Below are positions 52,597-64,000 of a stretch of 64,000 bases of DNA, piece after piece. The position numbers were made by a program, and so were the translations under genes. Under the pieces are notes generated by a model. That model had not been told where the DNA came from and searched no databases. It worked only from the letters and a program-made list of their open reading frames with translations. Positions within the stretch are counted from its first letter, which is position 1; every line of letters starts with the position of its first letter. Source of the stretch: Octopus sinensis (lineage: Eukaryota); assembly GCF_006345805.1 (NCBI RefSeq), contig NC_043000.1:111042001-111106000 (forward strand), in the 5' to 3' direction.

Positions 52597-52769
52597 ATTA
52601 TTATCATTATGATTATTATTATTATTATAATAATTATTATTGTTGTTGTTGTTGTTGTTGTTATTTGACATCGAAAACGCGAAAGATAAAGGTGATTTTG
52701 ATCTCTGAACCTAAGAAGAAATATCACAAGACATTTGTTCGGCGTTCTGACTATTCTGCCATTTCACTA

Positions 52770-53750
52770 CCATATAAGCTATCCATGCGAACGATTAAGA
52801 GTAGAGGAAACTGATAAGATATGACATACAGAAAAGGAACTCTATAGCAGAGCCAGACTAATATTAAATATTGAACTCAATGTTAGAAATAAAAATTATA
52901 GGAGTAAACACCCTACAATTTCACTTAGAGATTACTGTTTCAATATAAACTAGACTAAGTAAATTGTGTACCTAAACAGAAAACTAGAAAATTACTTATA
53001 CAGATTTGAGATCACTAGTCCAGTTCTTCTTGTGTTTAGCGTAGATAAAATTTTAATGACAGGCTTTGATACAAATAGAAAATTACTACGTAGTGACAAT
53101 AGTAGGACTAGAAAAACACTTAGAAGGATGCAAAAATGGAAAATGCTAAGAGTAATAAAGGAACATGGAGAAAGCAAAAACGATCTTTTCTTTGTAAATA
53201 GGGAAGTGTTTAGAAGTTAACCACTGTGAAGAAAGAATATCCAAATAAAGCCAAACCAGCAGAAAGCTTTAAAAGGCAAAAGGAAAATAGCATTCCAAAA
53301 TATGGCAAAACGCTACGAGACATTTTTCTCTTGAATGGTGAGTAGAGAAAGTAAGTCAGAGTGAAAGGCAACAACAGATCAAAAGCTATGAGTTGAAAGC
53401 AGAAGAGGGAGGTCTGATTTAGCTTCATAACACACACACGCGCACACACACGCACGCATACGCGCGCAGACACAGAATTATTTGAACAAAATGAAACAAG
53501 AGACCAACAACAACTACAGTACATGCAATCAGTGCAATGAAACAGCTGACCATATCTTTCGCTTCTGTCCTTGCAAAACCAGAGTGTATCTATGGACATG
53601 ATTGAGTGGACGTGCATGCCGATACTCAGACTTGAAAACGCATTGAAAGCTAGATGTGATCATGCACGAAACATGAAACAATTTACAACGTTCTGTCCAC
53701 AATAGTACGGGACGTAGCTTTTCAGACTTACGCGTAAACCAAGGCAGAAT
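52770..53750 (+). pseudogene. Decayed R4-like LINE fragment
   Basis: RLILNIELNVRNKIIGVNTL..., KAETEG-like and AIQ/TRDQ..C..C..ET.DH-like remnants. Confidence 0.45.
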
Positions 53751-53792
53751 GAATCTCCTTTTCGATTCCTTCTGGTTATGGCGATCATATAT

Positions 53793-54019
53793 CTTTACTA
53801 CCCACAAGGGGCTGAACAAAGAGGGGACAAACAAGGACAGACAAAGGGATTAAGTCGATTACATCGACCCCAGTGCGTAACTAGTGCTTAATTTATCGAC
53901 CCCGAAAGGATGAAAAGCAAAATCGACCTCGGCGGAATTTGAACTCAAAACGTAACGCAGACGAAATACGGCTAAGCATTTCACCCGGCGTGCTAACGCT
54001 TCTACCAGCTCGCCGCCTT
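53793..54019 (-). mobile_element. SINE family B with Tx1-like tail A
   Basis: TTTACTACCCACAAGGGGCTGAAC tail; flanked by TGGTTATGG(C/T)GATC. Confidence 0.9.
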
Positions 54020-54500
54020 GGTTATGGTGATCTTGAAATTAAAATAAGCAGACTGTCTGTGCGGTATTAAAATGAAAACAGTATTATTAATAAATGGAGC
54101 AGCTGATACGATAAAGAAGATAAACGGTAACCTAGAAAGTACACCAGGACAAAGAATTCTGCACAAGGGTTAAAAATAACCCTCCTAGACACTGGTCATA
54201 TCTTTCCTACACAGGTCACTGGCAATTCAATAATACTACTTATATAATGGCCTTTCTATACGTCTCATACAACGCTTATTGCACATATACTCTTCACAAT
54301 CGTCATCCGACCAACACAAAACATACGGCATCTACTCTACGCCATCATACTCAATAAAACAACACATGCATACAGTTCTATAATCAATATCCGATGAGAT
54401 GACACGCGCCTTATACACTAATGACGACTCAAACAACTCATATCTTACAAAAAGTAACAACAAAATCAGGGAGCACCAAATCGAATGATAATAAAATATA

Positions 54501-54720
54501 TAAGGCGACGAGCTGGCAGAATTCTTAGCAGGCTGGGCGAAATGCTTAGCCATATTTCGTCTGTCTTTACGTTCTGAGTTCAAATTCCGCCGAGGTCGAT
54601 TTTGCCTTTCATTCTTTCAGGGTCGATATATTAAGTACCAGTTGTGTACTGGGGTCGATCTAAGTGACAGGCCCCCTCGCCCCAAAATTTCAGGCCTTGT
54701 GTTTAGAGTAGAAAAGGATA
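54501..54720 (+). mobile_element. SINE family B (tail B)
   Basis: Full-length match. Confidence 0.85.
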
Positions 54721-56359
54721 ATAATATATATACGAGCCATTCTATAATCAAAACACTAACTCTTACACACAACTAAATCCACTCACAAGGCTTTGGTTGA
54801 CCCGAGGTTACTGAAGACACTAGTCTAAGGTGTCATGCAGTGGGACTGAACCTGGAACCATCTAGTAGGGAAGCAAACGTCTTACCACGCAACCACGCCT
54901 ACACAATTATTTTGATGGAAACAGTTTTTAATGTTTTTTAATGTTTTTTTTTTCAATTTGTTAAAGAGTGGTGGATTCGTAGAATTGTTTGAGTGTCAAT
55001 AAAAATGTCTTGTAGTATTTCTCCTGGTTTTTTAATGTTCTGAGTTCAAATCTCTCCCAAGGCAGTTTTACCATTTGTTCTATGGGATCGATAAAATGAA
55101 GTAGCAGTCAAGTGTTGGGGATCAATATTCACCCTATTCCCTTAAAATTCCTGGCCTTGTGCCAAAATTAAAAAGCATTATTATACGCTGCGAATTGGCA
55201 GAACCGTTTATGCCTCCTGCAAAATGGTTAGTGATATTTCTTAGTTCTGAGTTCAAATTCCACCGAGGTAGACTTTACCTTTCATCCTTTCAGGGTCAAC
55301 TAAGCACCAGTTTAGCGCTGGGATAAATGTAATCAATTGTGCTCAAATTAGCAAGAATATTAGATAATATGCGGTAAAAAAAATGCACAACAGTATTTCT
55401 TGTGGCCCTTCCCGCTCTTGGCGGCATTTCCCTGATTACTTATATTTTGAGTTCAAATACCTTTGAGGCTAATTTTACCTTTTAGACTCCCGGGTTCATA
55501 AAATAAAGTAGCAGTCAAAGACTGGGGGCGACCCCTGTTGTCTTCTTTCAAAATTGCTTTCGTGTGTCTAAGAACCAATATCAGGCCATGGATCATGGCA
55601 TTGATACTAATTTTGTGAAATTATTTTATTGATCAAGTTTTTAAAAAAAATTATTCTTGTATATGAAAACTGCATGATATAGTTTTTAATTAACCTCCAA
55701 AAATTGAGTGAAAACAAAAACTGTCGACTCCATATGGCATCCCTCAGTTTTAATTAAGAATTTTATCTGGAAAAGTCCCAGAATAACTATAATCTAAATA
55801 TTTTTTCTTTTCCTAAGAACAGTTTCCAGTCAGTGGAATATGTCAAAAAAATTTCCGCTTAATAAAAAAATCGTTCATCTCAGAAATTAAAAACTACGGG
55901 ACAGGAGAGGAAGGAGGGAAGAAGAGGGGGAAGAGAGAGTAAGAAGGGAAAAGAGAGGGTCAGAGATAGAAATACAGAAATAGAGAGAGGAAGAGGGAAG
56001 AAAAGAGACAGAGAATGAGAAAGAAAGACAGGGAGAGAAAAAGTGAGACAGAGGCTGAAAGTGAAGGGGAGAGGAAGAAAGAGACAGAGGGCAAGAAAGA
56101 AAGATGGATAAGAAGAGAGAAACAGAGAGAGAGAAAGGGAGAGATGGGGAAGAGAATGAGTGTGAGTGTCTCTGTGTGTTTTACCAGAACAGTCTTAATG
56201 AATTAATGGAATTTATAATTAAAGACAAATTGGTAAATTGTTTTTTTAGAAGTAAAAACCTTGATATCTAACTTACCGATCGAACTCTTATCTAAAACTC
56301 ATCGATAATTAATCAGTTTTGAACGTGTTTAAATAAATAGAGGAAAGTTTTAGATTCAC

Positions 56360-56737
56360 AGGCGTGGCTGTGCAGTAAGAAGTTTACATTCCAACCACAT
56401 CGTTTCAGGTTCAGTCCCAATGCGTAGCACCATGGACAAGAGTCTTCTACTAACGGCACGGACCGACCAAAGTCTAGTGAAACGGAAACTGAAAGGAACC
56501 GGTTGTATATATATGTGTGTGTGTGTGTGTGTTTGTCTCCCAACCCACCGATTGTCAACAGGTGTTGGTGTGTTTACGTCCCTGTAATATTAGCGGTTTG
56601 GCAAAAAGAGATCGATAGAAGTACCAGGATTAAAAAGGAAACATAAGCCTTAGGGTCGATTCGTTCGACTGAAATTCATCAAGGAGGTACCCCAGCATGG
56701 CCGCACTCTATAAACTGAAGCAAGTAAAAGATAAAAG
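56360..56737 (+). mobile_element. SINE family A
   Basis: Head, core and tail match. Confidence 0.8.
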
Positions 56738-57065
56738 CTTGGCTGTAATTAACCGAGATATTGTCAAAACAATTAATAGAGTTTCATGTGTAATATTGAT
56801 TGTAAATACTAATTAGTGTTCACGTGATAAGTAAATAAATGAATTAGTTATCATTTAAATAATGAAGAACAATGGCTGCCTAAATGACTTTTCCTCAAAT
56901 AGTTGACTAACCACTTCCGGTGTGCCATGAAGTTGTTTACTCGGCCCTGTTTCAATTTAAATCAATAATAATAATCTACAAGGCGACGAACTGGCAGAAT
57001 GGTTAGCACACCAGGCGGACTGCTTAGAGGCGTTTCGTCCGTCTTCATGATCTGAGTTCAAATTC

Positions 57066-57405
57066 CCACTCAAAAGGTCCCTGATTAAGGTTGTTTAAGG
57101 ATGTTGAATGAAACACCCATGTTTCCAGAGGTGAATTATTCAAACCCCAAAGAATCCATCTCCACACATGGCTATGATGCTCCCCCACTACTTCTACTCG
57201 TGATCAGAGATGCACATATCGTCAGCCACTAAGAGACATGCTCAACTGGTTACGGTCAAACAACTGACAAGCAAATCTGTGGTATTGAGCAGAATATTTG
57301 CTGTAGCCCATCTTTTATACCAAGACAAAACAATGTACATGATAACACTTCCAGTCAGTTAAGATCAGAAGCCATGAGAGCCGCTGCCTGGTACTTTATC
57401 AGGGC

Positions 57406-57406
<1 letters not shown>
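57066..57406. mobile_element. Second copy of the 52050-52596 repeat
   Basis: Direct sequence match; interrupts a family B SINE head at about 56980-57066. Confidence 0.75.
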
Positions 57407-57456
<50 letters not shown>

Positions 57457-57499
57457 CATTATTATTATTATTATTAATATTGTTGTTGTTGTTGTTGTT

Positions 57500-58165
57500 G
57501 TTCTGAAAGACTCTCGGATAGTTCTTAATTACCGGTTATTCTTTACTTGAAAGCAACAACAAATCCCCCAAAATTTCAAGTAGTGCCTTCTCCTGCGACT
57601 CAAAGAGACTATACTCTCCTTAGAATGCGAGCTGTACCCAACAATGCTGTCTTCTGGATCACCTCAAGTCTGACAGTAGCTCCAATATTCTTAATATGTT
57701 TTTGGAAACTGCTCCTAATGCTCCAATTACCACCGGTATCACTATTACTTTCCTCATGACCCATAACTTTCTTATCTCGTCCCGCAGTGTATGGTATTTC
57801 TCAATCTTTTCTGTTTCCTTACATTCCTGCTATTGCAACATCTATTATCTTCACATCTTTTTCATCTTTATGGATGATCACGATATCTGGTCATCTCGCC
57901 TCTATGACTTGGTCGCACTGTATGTCAAAATCCTAGAATATTTTGTAATGTTCGTTTTCCGTTATTCCCTCTGGCTTATGTTCATACCACTGTTCGGCTT
58001 TCTCGTGGTTTGCTTTACCACAAAACAGCCAGTGGACATATCTGGCCACATTGTCGTATCACCTTTTATATTCGCGTTGTGTGACCTTACAGCACTCACT
58101 AACAATAGGGCTAATACTTTCTCCCTTCTCAGAGAACATCCTACACTGTGGCAAGTGTAGGATGG
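57500..58165 (-). pseudogene. R4/Dong-type LINE 3' fragment (RLE domain) ending at (CAA/TAA)n
   Basis: YKRRYDNVARYVHWLFC, RRPDIVII, IEKY, VIPVVIGALGAV, IQKTALLGTARILRRV. Confidence 0.8.
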
Positions 58166-58724
58166 AATGATTAGATATTGTAAGTTTTTGGATAATTTTC
58201 GGGTTTTAAAAGTTGGCATTTTTTTTTTGCTGACGAGGGGCTGCGTCTGCGCAGTAGATTTTGAAATATTATTTATTTGCTAAACTAAAATCAGAAACCA
58301 ATTGGTCCAGGAAACTAGATAGTAAAAACTTTTTCTTTTTTCAATTCGTTCCTGCCGGATTTTATCCCTAATTTTGTGGTTATAGAACCTAGCTGTTATT
58401 TCTAACGTGTTGAATCTCACGAGTGGATTCCTTATGTGTTTAAATGTACACTGTATGTATATATATATATATATAAGAAGTAGTCAGAATTTTGGATAAT
58501 TCTTTATTAACGTTTTCGTTTGTTTAACCGAACTCTTCAAGAAAAATTGAGCGAAAACCCTAACAAAGATTTATCCAAAATTTTGACTGCCACCTTTTTC
58601 TTAATTTACGATGTCTGTAGTACACATCAAACACTCTATGCATACATATCAAACACCCTATACATACATACATACATACATACATACATACATACATACA
58701 TACATACATACATACATACATACA

Positions 58725-59278
58725 TGGTGGCTGCCCCTTCGTTATCGAGTATGGCCATTGCGCAAAGCTTAATAAATGTTGTTATCACACAATACCTGTG
58801 CAAGAAGATTTTTTTAATGTGAGGAAAGGTTGTGCACTGAGTCAATCCCACTCACTAAGCAACAGCAGTCATAATACGAAAAGAAGAACAAGTCAACATC
58901 ATCGATAACCACTGAGCCGCAGGTTTTATGTCGGAGTTATCCCAGTTTCCTGAGTTACCTTCTCCTAGAAGGATGCCCTAACAAAGGCTAGGAGTCCTTC
59001 AATCCCAATGGTTTAACCGCGCGATCGGGTATTCAATCCGATTATTTCTATGTCCCCGCGCATGATACAGCCTTAAGACATTTATTGGATGGCCGTTGAC
59101 TCTCAAGAGTTCCCCCGCCCTTTGACGGGTTTTGTTTTTCATCCCGCAGGGTGTCCAATAAACACCCTCCTCACCAAGCAAGCTTGCTGGGGTTGCCGGT
59201 TTAGACGCCGACGACCCGACCATGCAACAGGTTGTACTGGGTTATCTGTTACCAGTAGCACTCGAAAGTGACCTGACA
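58725..59278 (-). mobile_element. Short non-coding retroelement, RTE-like ends, between (CATA)n tracts
   Basis: Minus-strand 3' end GGCCATACTCGATAACGAAGGGGCAGCC and 5' GGGTCGTCGGCGTCTAAACCGGCAACCCC resemble RTE-clade termini. No ORF. Confidence 0.5.
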
Positions 59279-59279
59279 T

Positions 59280-59545
59280 AACATACATACATACATACAT
59301 ACATACATACATACATACATACATACATACACGCATACATACATACACTCATACATACATACATACATACATACAAACATACAAACATGCATACATACAT
59401 ACATGCATACATGCATACATACACTCATACATACATACATACATACATACATACATACATACATACATACATACATACATACATGCATACATACATACAT
59501 GCATACATACATACATACATACATACATACATACATACATACATA
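59280..59545. repeat. (CATA)n microsatellite
   Basis: Direct reading. Confidence 0.95.
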
Positions 59546-59756
59546 GACCAGCAGAGACACCCAGTCTTGCTCAAGATTAAAATGGCATAGTTTTTAATGT
59601 TTTACTTGTTTCAGTCATGTGATTCGAACAGAACAACCACAGGATTTATTCTTTGTCAGCCTAGTACTTATTCTATCAATATCTTTTGCAGAAGCGCTAA
59701 GTTATGGGAATGTGAACACAGCAACATCGGTTGTCAAGCAATGGTGGGGGTACAAA

Positions 59757-59789
<33 letters not shown>

Positions 59790-59805
59790 CTATACACATA
59801 TATGC

Positions 59806-60079
59806 GACAGGACTCCTTACATGCTAAAAAGGCCAGTTAAATCCTAAACCACGAAAAAGAGAATTCATGAGGCACACCAATAATTATAACACCAGAACGA
59901 ACAAAAAATAAATTAGTTAATCCTGAACTCGAGTTTCGTTATTCATTTCCAAATAAACTAATTTGGAATCTGTAGCTCGTCAGCTTTTCGTTCTGGTCTT
60001 ATAAATGGCGTGCCTCATGAATTGTCTTCTTTGGAGTTTTAGCTTTAACTGCCCTTTTTAGCATGTAAAAAGTCCTGTC
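59806..60079. mobile_element. Diverged palindromic element with a hammerhead motif in the spacer
   Basis: 59806-59901 versus 59987-60079 inverted. Minus strand CTGACGA GCTA...TAAC GAAAC TCGA GTT at 59926-59985. Confidence 0.65.
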
Positions 60080-61723
60080 AGTGGTCTCCTCTTTGTGTAT
60101 AAAGATATTTCATACACTCTTATATCTTAAAAAATATGTTATGTCTTATGACTTTAATTTATGCATGCTAACCACTGGTAAGAAATTATGTTAATCTATT
60201 ACCCTCATATTTACGATAATAATCAGGTGTGTGTGTGTGTGTGTATACACAACTGATCATTCAAAAAGAGTCATTTATTGAGGTTATTCAACAATATTTT
60301 GCAGAACCCTCATTTGTCATGTACGAAAGGACAGTCCATCCGATAATATGTATGTATGCAAGCATGTATATATGTATGGATGTATGCATGCATGCATGCA
60401 CGCATGCATGCACGCATGCATGCACGCATGCATGTACCTATTTGTCTGCCTATCTGTTTGTCTATTTATCTATCTCTGAATGCATGTATGTCTATATGTG
60501 TCCGAATTGTTCGTTACCAGTCCATTGTATATACAAGACATTAGAAAGCATTAACCCTTCGACATGAAAGAGAAACATCAGTTCAGCCAATCCCAAAGCA
60601 TTAAACAAAACAATAGAAACACTTCTGAAACATTAATCGCTAATGTAACTGCTTCTCCAACATCTATTTACCATTTGATGAGAACCACCTACCCACAGTC
60701 CACACACACACACACAGGCGCGCGCGCGTGTGTTGTAGGTTCTCAACGCGATATTAAGATCTATACAAGATACTCTGTAACCAAGGAAAACAATACATGA
60801 AATCTTCATTGAAAAGTCAAGTGCAATTTCTAGAAACAGCTATGTATTTATTCAGAAAGGACAAATCATTAAAGGACAAATCATTAAAGTATTTTCGCTA
60901 TCTTTCATCATATCGCTTTTCCTGTTCATTTTGAATTTGTGCAGGAAAATAGACCGTTTAAATGGATGTTAACATTTATTTTTATGTTCTGTTGTCGTTT
61001 GTTATTCGGGCGTCATAGATGACTGCTTTCTGTGTTTATTGAATGGAGAAAGTAGCTCAGGTGTGATTTTTATGTCGGCCTGTTTACCTGTTGACAGCAG
61101 CAAGGCAAATGCCGCTTGTTGGACAATGTCTTGGGGGGGGGGGGTTCAGAGTTGCTTGACAGAGAAGTAAAATCACTGGGGAACCGATCCGCGATTGTTC
61201 TTTGTTCTTTGAAAAACCTTGGTCAAGACCGCTGACAGGGAACAGTGATACCGCCGTCGTTGGCGGTGAACTTAATTGCGATTGTGACTGAATGGAGCGA
61301 TATGGGGTGGACTGACGATGATGATGATGATGAGGAGGAGGAGGAGGAGGAGGGGGAGGGTAATTGCTTGACATGTTAAATGGAAATAAATAAACTTCAG
61401 TTTTCGATATCATCTAGAGAAGCCGGGACCGGGTGGGACTGAAAGACCAAAGTGATCAGAAAAAATCGATCAAAAGTTAGTACTTATGTCCCACATTATA
61501 TGCTGCAAAAACGAATTCGATTCGCGATCGAACTGGGGAAAAACATTGAAAAGGAAAGCCAATGCAAAATGCTTGCTTAAGTACAAAATCGATCTCACTA
61601 TCACCTGAAATAAAAGTACATTGCTGTCACGGGCTTCAACATACGTCAATGTCTTTACCAAATCAAATACGACCGTGTCCTGAGACATTTGTTGGTGTTT
61701 GCTTTTCATTATTGATCTCTGTC

Positions 61724-61940
61724 TAAGGCGGCGAGCTGGCTGAAACGTTAGCACGCCGGGCGAAATGCTTAGTGGTATTTCGTCTGCCGCTCCGTTCTGA
61801 GTTCAAATTCCGCTGAGATCGACTTTGCCTTTCATCCTTCGGGGTCGATAAATTAAGTACCAGTTGCATACTGGGGTCGATCTAATCCACTAACCCCCTT
61901 CCCAGAAATTTCGGGCCTGCTGCCTAGAGAAGAAAAGATG
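61724..61940 (+). mobile_element. SINE family B (tail B) with 16-bp TSD
   Basis: ATTGATCTCTGTCTAA at 61711-61726 and 61941-61956. Confidence 0.9.
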
Positions 61941-62039
61941 ATTGATCTCTGTCTAAAGGCTGTTTTACAAATGTAAAAATTCTTAATAACGCCAGTAATT
62001 AGCACGCAAGTCATTATGCAAATCATTGTCTCCTATTTA

Positions 62040-62510
62040 GGCACAGGCGTAACTGTGTGGTAAGAAGCTTGGTTCTGGGTTCAGTCCCACTGCGTGGCAC
62101 CTTCGGCAAGTGTCTTCTACTATAAACTGTATGCTGCATATAAGCTTGGAAAGAGGAGTAACTCTTTGGTAAGAAGCTTGCTATCCAACCACATGGTTCC
62201 AGATTCAGTCCCACTGCGTGGCACCTTGGGCAAGTGTCTTCTACTATAGCCTCGGGCCGACCAAAGTCTTGTGATTGGACCTGGTAGAAGGAAACCGAAA
62301 GAAGCCCGTCGTATATATATATATATATGTGTGTGTGTATTTGTGTCTGTGTTTATTCCCCCACCATCACTTGACAACCGTTGTCGGTGTGTTTATGTCC
62401 TCCTAACATAGCGGTTCGACAAATAAATAAATCCTGGGGTCGATTTGTTCGACTAAAAGGCGGTGCTCCAGCTTGGCCGCAGTCAAATGACTGAAACGAG
62501 TAAAGATTAA
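62040..62510 (+). mobile_element. SINE family A with duplicated head
   Basis: Two GGTAAGAAGCTTG...GGCACC...AAGTGTCTTCTACTATA heads, then body and tail. Confidence 0.8.
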
Positions 62511-62643
62511 AGTATATCTTAGAGTTAAACCTACGAAACAGAAAAATTTCCCTTTGCGATTGAAAACGAATTATAAAAAAAGTAACAAAGAAACAATGCC
62601 TCGAGGGAAATGGTTAGAGTTAAAAACCCGAGAGAGAAGTCAC

Positions 62644-62690
<47 letters not shown>

Positions 62691-62694
62691 GACT

Positions 62695-63880
62695 CTCAAA
62701 ACGTGCTAGGATGGTGATGAGACGAGGAAAGCTTGCCAGGACAGAAAGCATATTGTTGCCAAATAGTGGAATGATGAAGGCAATTCAACCTCAATCCAGC
62801 TATAGATACTTGGGAATGTTCGAGGCAGATGGAATCAAACACAATGACATGAAAGAAACGACAAAGCTGAATACCAGAAACATAATATCGACAATAAACT
62901 CGCGCACAGTTGCAGTAGTTCGGTTTGGTGCTGGAATCCTGGAGTGGACAGTGAAGGAGCTAAAGGAAATGGACAGGAAGTCAAGAAAGCTCTTAACGAT
63001 GCATGGAGCCCATCATCCACGTGTAGATACTGATCGCCATTACATGAAGAGAGAAAATGGAGGAATGGGACTGATAAATGTGGAAGACTGCGTGCGTATC
63101 GAACTCGAAAGCTTAATGAGATACCTAGCACAAAGTAAGGAAACCTTGCTAGCGACAGCTGAGAAAGAAAGAGTATTGAGAGCAGAGGAAAAGAGAAGAC
63201 AAAGGAAGAAGTACAAAAAGGACATGAAGAAGAATTGAGGGACTACACAATCAATTCCATGTAGCCACAACAGAAATTGCTGGAAAAAATAGGTAGCATT
63301 GGCTGATGAAAGGAACCCTTAAAAATGACCGAGAGATTATGGAATGTATGAACCTATTTGGTATTGCATCGAATGTTGAGCGATTGCTTGGAAAAAGTAT
63401 GGCGAAGTGGAGGACGGAACTGACAGCATAGGAAAGAAGTTTAGGGACAATAGAGATCAGGAGAGGCATCTTCGAAAGGGACTGCCTGTCCCCACAGATC
63501 TTTGTACCGTGCATGATACCACTAACACTGATTCTGAGGAAAGCAAAGGCTGGGTATTTATTCAAAAGTCGCCAACAAAAAGTCAACCATTTGTTATTCA
63601 TGGATGACCTCAAACTTTATGGTAAAGATGAATCCCAAGTCAGTTCCCTCGGTGATACGGTGTATACTTTCAGTGCTGATATCAGAATGGAGTTTGGACA
63701 GAGAAAGTGTGGTGTGTTAGTCTTGAAGAGAGGCAAAATCAAATGTATGGATATCGACGCGGTAGGTTATGAAGCAAATAGAAGAAACGGGCTATAAGTA
63801 CTTCAGGATGTTGGAAATGGATAAATTGATGGAGAAAGAAATGACAGAACAATTTAATGTGGAGTACTTGCGCAGACTAA
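62695..63880 (+). pseudogene. Two overlapping R4/Dong-type RT fragments after (TAA)n
   Basis: YRYLG, LNTRNIISTINS, DRKSRKLLTMHGAHHPRVDTDR, GGMGLI; then VNHLLFMDDLKLYG, MEFGQRKC. Confidence 0.8.
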
Positions 63881-64000
63881 TTATTTTCGCTTTGTAAGAA
63901 TTGTCTAGCTTCGAAAAATGCTCAATTTAGTTTAATTTATTTATCTGAGATTATGCCGTGCTGATGATTTCAAATAAAGATGAAATGGTACTAAAGGTGG

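Noticed and set aside
61084-61413. ORF with poly-Pro/poly-His resembling a transcription factor N-terminus
   Set aside because: It derives from short (GGA)n/(GAT)n tracts and has no recognisable domain.

Overview
A eukaryotic, AT-rich window packed with repeats. I cannot support any intact host protein-coding gene in it. The SINE families and microsatellite load look like an octopus/cephalopod genome (inference). Most listed ORFs are translations of microsatellites or SINEs. The real content is mobile DNA: many tRNA-derived SINEs of about three families, a near full-length but frameshifted Tx1/L1-group LINE, an ORF1-only relative of it, several R4/Dong-type RLE LINE fragments, mariner remnants and MITEs, Helitron ends, a 1.9-kb foldback element, and about ten Penelope-type remnants or hairpins carrying minimal hammerhead ribozyme motifs. 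The most striking structure is at 18.4-26.0 kb. A full Tx1-like LINE and an ORF1-only element sit head-to-tail between three copies of one 12-bp site (TTTCC(T/C)CCATGT). Removing them restores a continuous ORF1 of a third, older member of the same family. This suggests retrotransposons that specifically target the ORF1 of a relative. A SINE subfamily in the window carries the same 3' tail and also nests into a fixed site of its sibling SINE.
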